DNA of 64,000 nt from Pocillopora damicornis (taxonomy: Eukaryota), in contig NW_020843402.1 of the NCBI RefSeq assembly GCF_003704095.1, positions 1,116,001 through 1,180,000 of the forward strand. The letters are read 5' to 3'. Shown here piece by piece: positions 63,756 through 64,000 of this stretch. Within the stretch, counting starts at the first letter, position 1. Each line of letters opens with the position of its first letter. The position numbers were made by a program, and so were the translations under genes. The notes below the pieces were generated by a model, which was not told where the DNA came from, ran no database searches, and saw only the letters and a list, made by a program, of their open reading frames with translations.

Positions 63756-64000
63756 CTGAGAAGAAAAAATTAGAACAGTGTTTTTATTAATCAGAACGTT
63801 ATCATATGCAAGCCATGTTTCAAGAAACATTTCAAACTCTCTAGATTGGATGTTAGTCCATCGCAAACCAACATGACGTCTTTGGGACATTTCGCCTGCA
63901 TTTGCTAACAGAAAGTCAACAGCCTTAAGCTGTACCATGTACATATGACGACTGCTAAAATTAGAGTTCGCATCTGAGAGTTAAATTACATTTTAAATCA

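Overview
Eukaryotic, intron-containing animal DNA, most likely a cnidarian such as a stony coral (inferred from gene content and repeat types). About 13 kb with no recognisable gene precede a Fat4/Fat-type giant protocadherin (+, 5 coding exons, the first 12.1 kb long). Downstream lie GTPBP8 (-, 6 exons) and THOC2 (+, about 47 exons), head-to-head with about 100 bp between start codons. THOC2 contains one GT-AG and one AT-AC minor-spliceosome (U12) intron. A signal-peptide-less FGF1/2-like gene (+) follows, then the 3' end of a convergent VWC/TIL cysteine-rich gene (-). Introns hold many small non-autonomous elements: TTAA-flanked MITEs, tRNA-SINEs, and a 5'-truncated Penelope-like element (GIY-YIG remnant plus decayed hammerhead ribozyme) nested in a short palindromic repeat family that itself carries hammerhead-like cores. 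Sharp CpG-poor/CpG-rich transitions inside genes look like gene-body methylation footprints. All exon boundaries were read by eye and may be off by a few bases.
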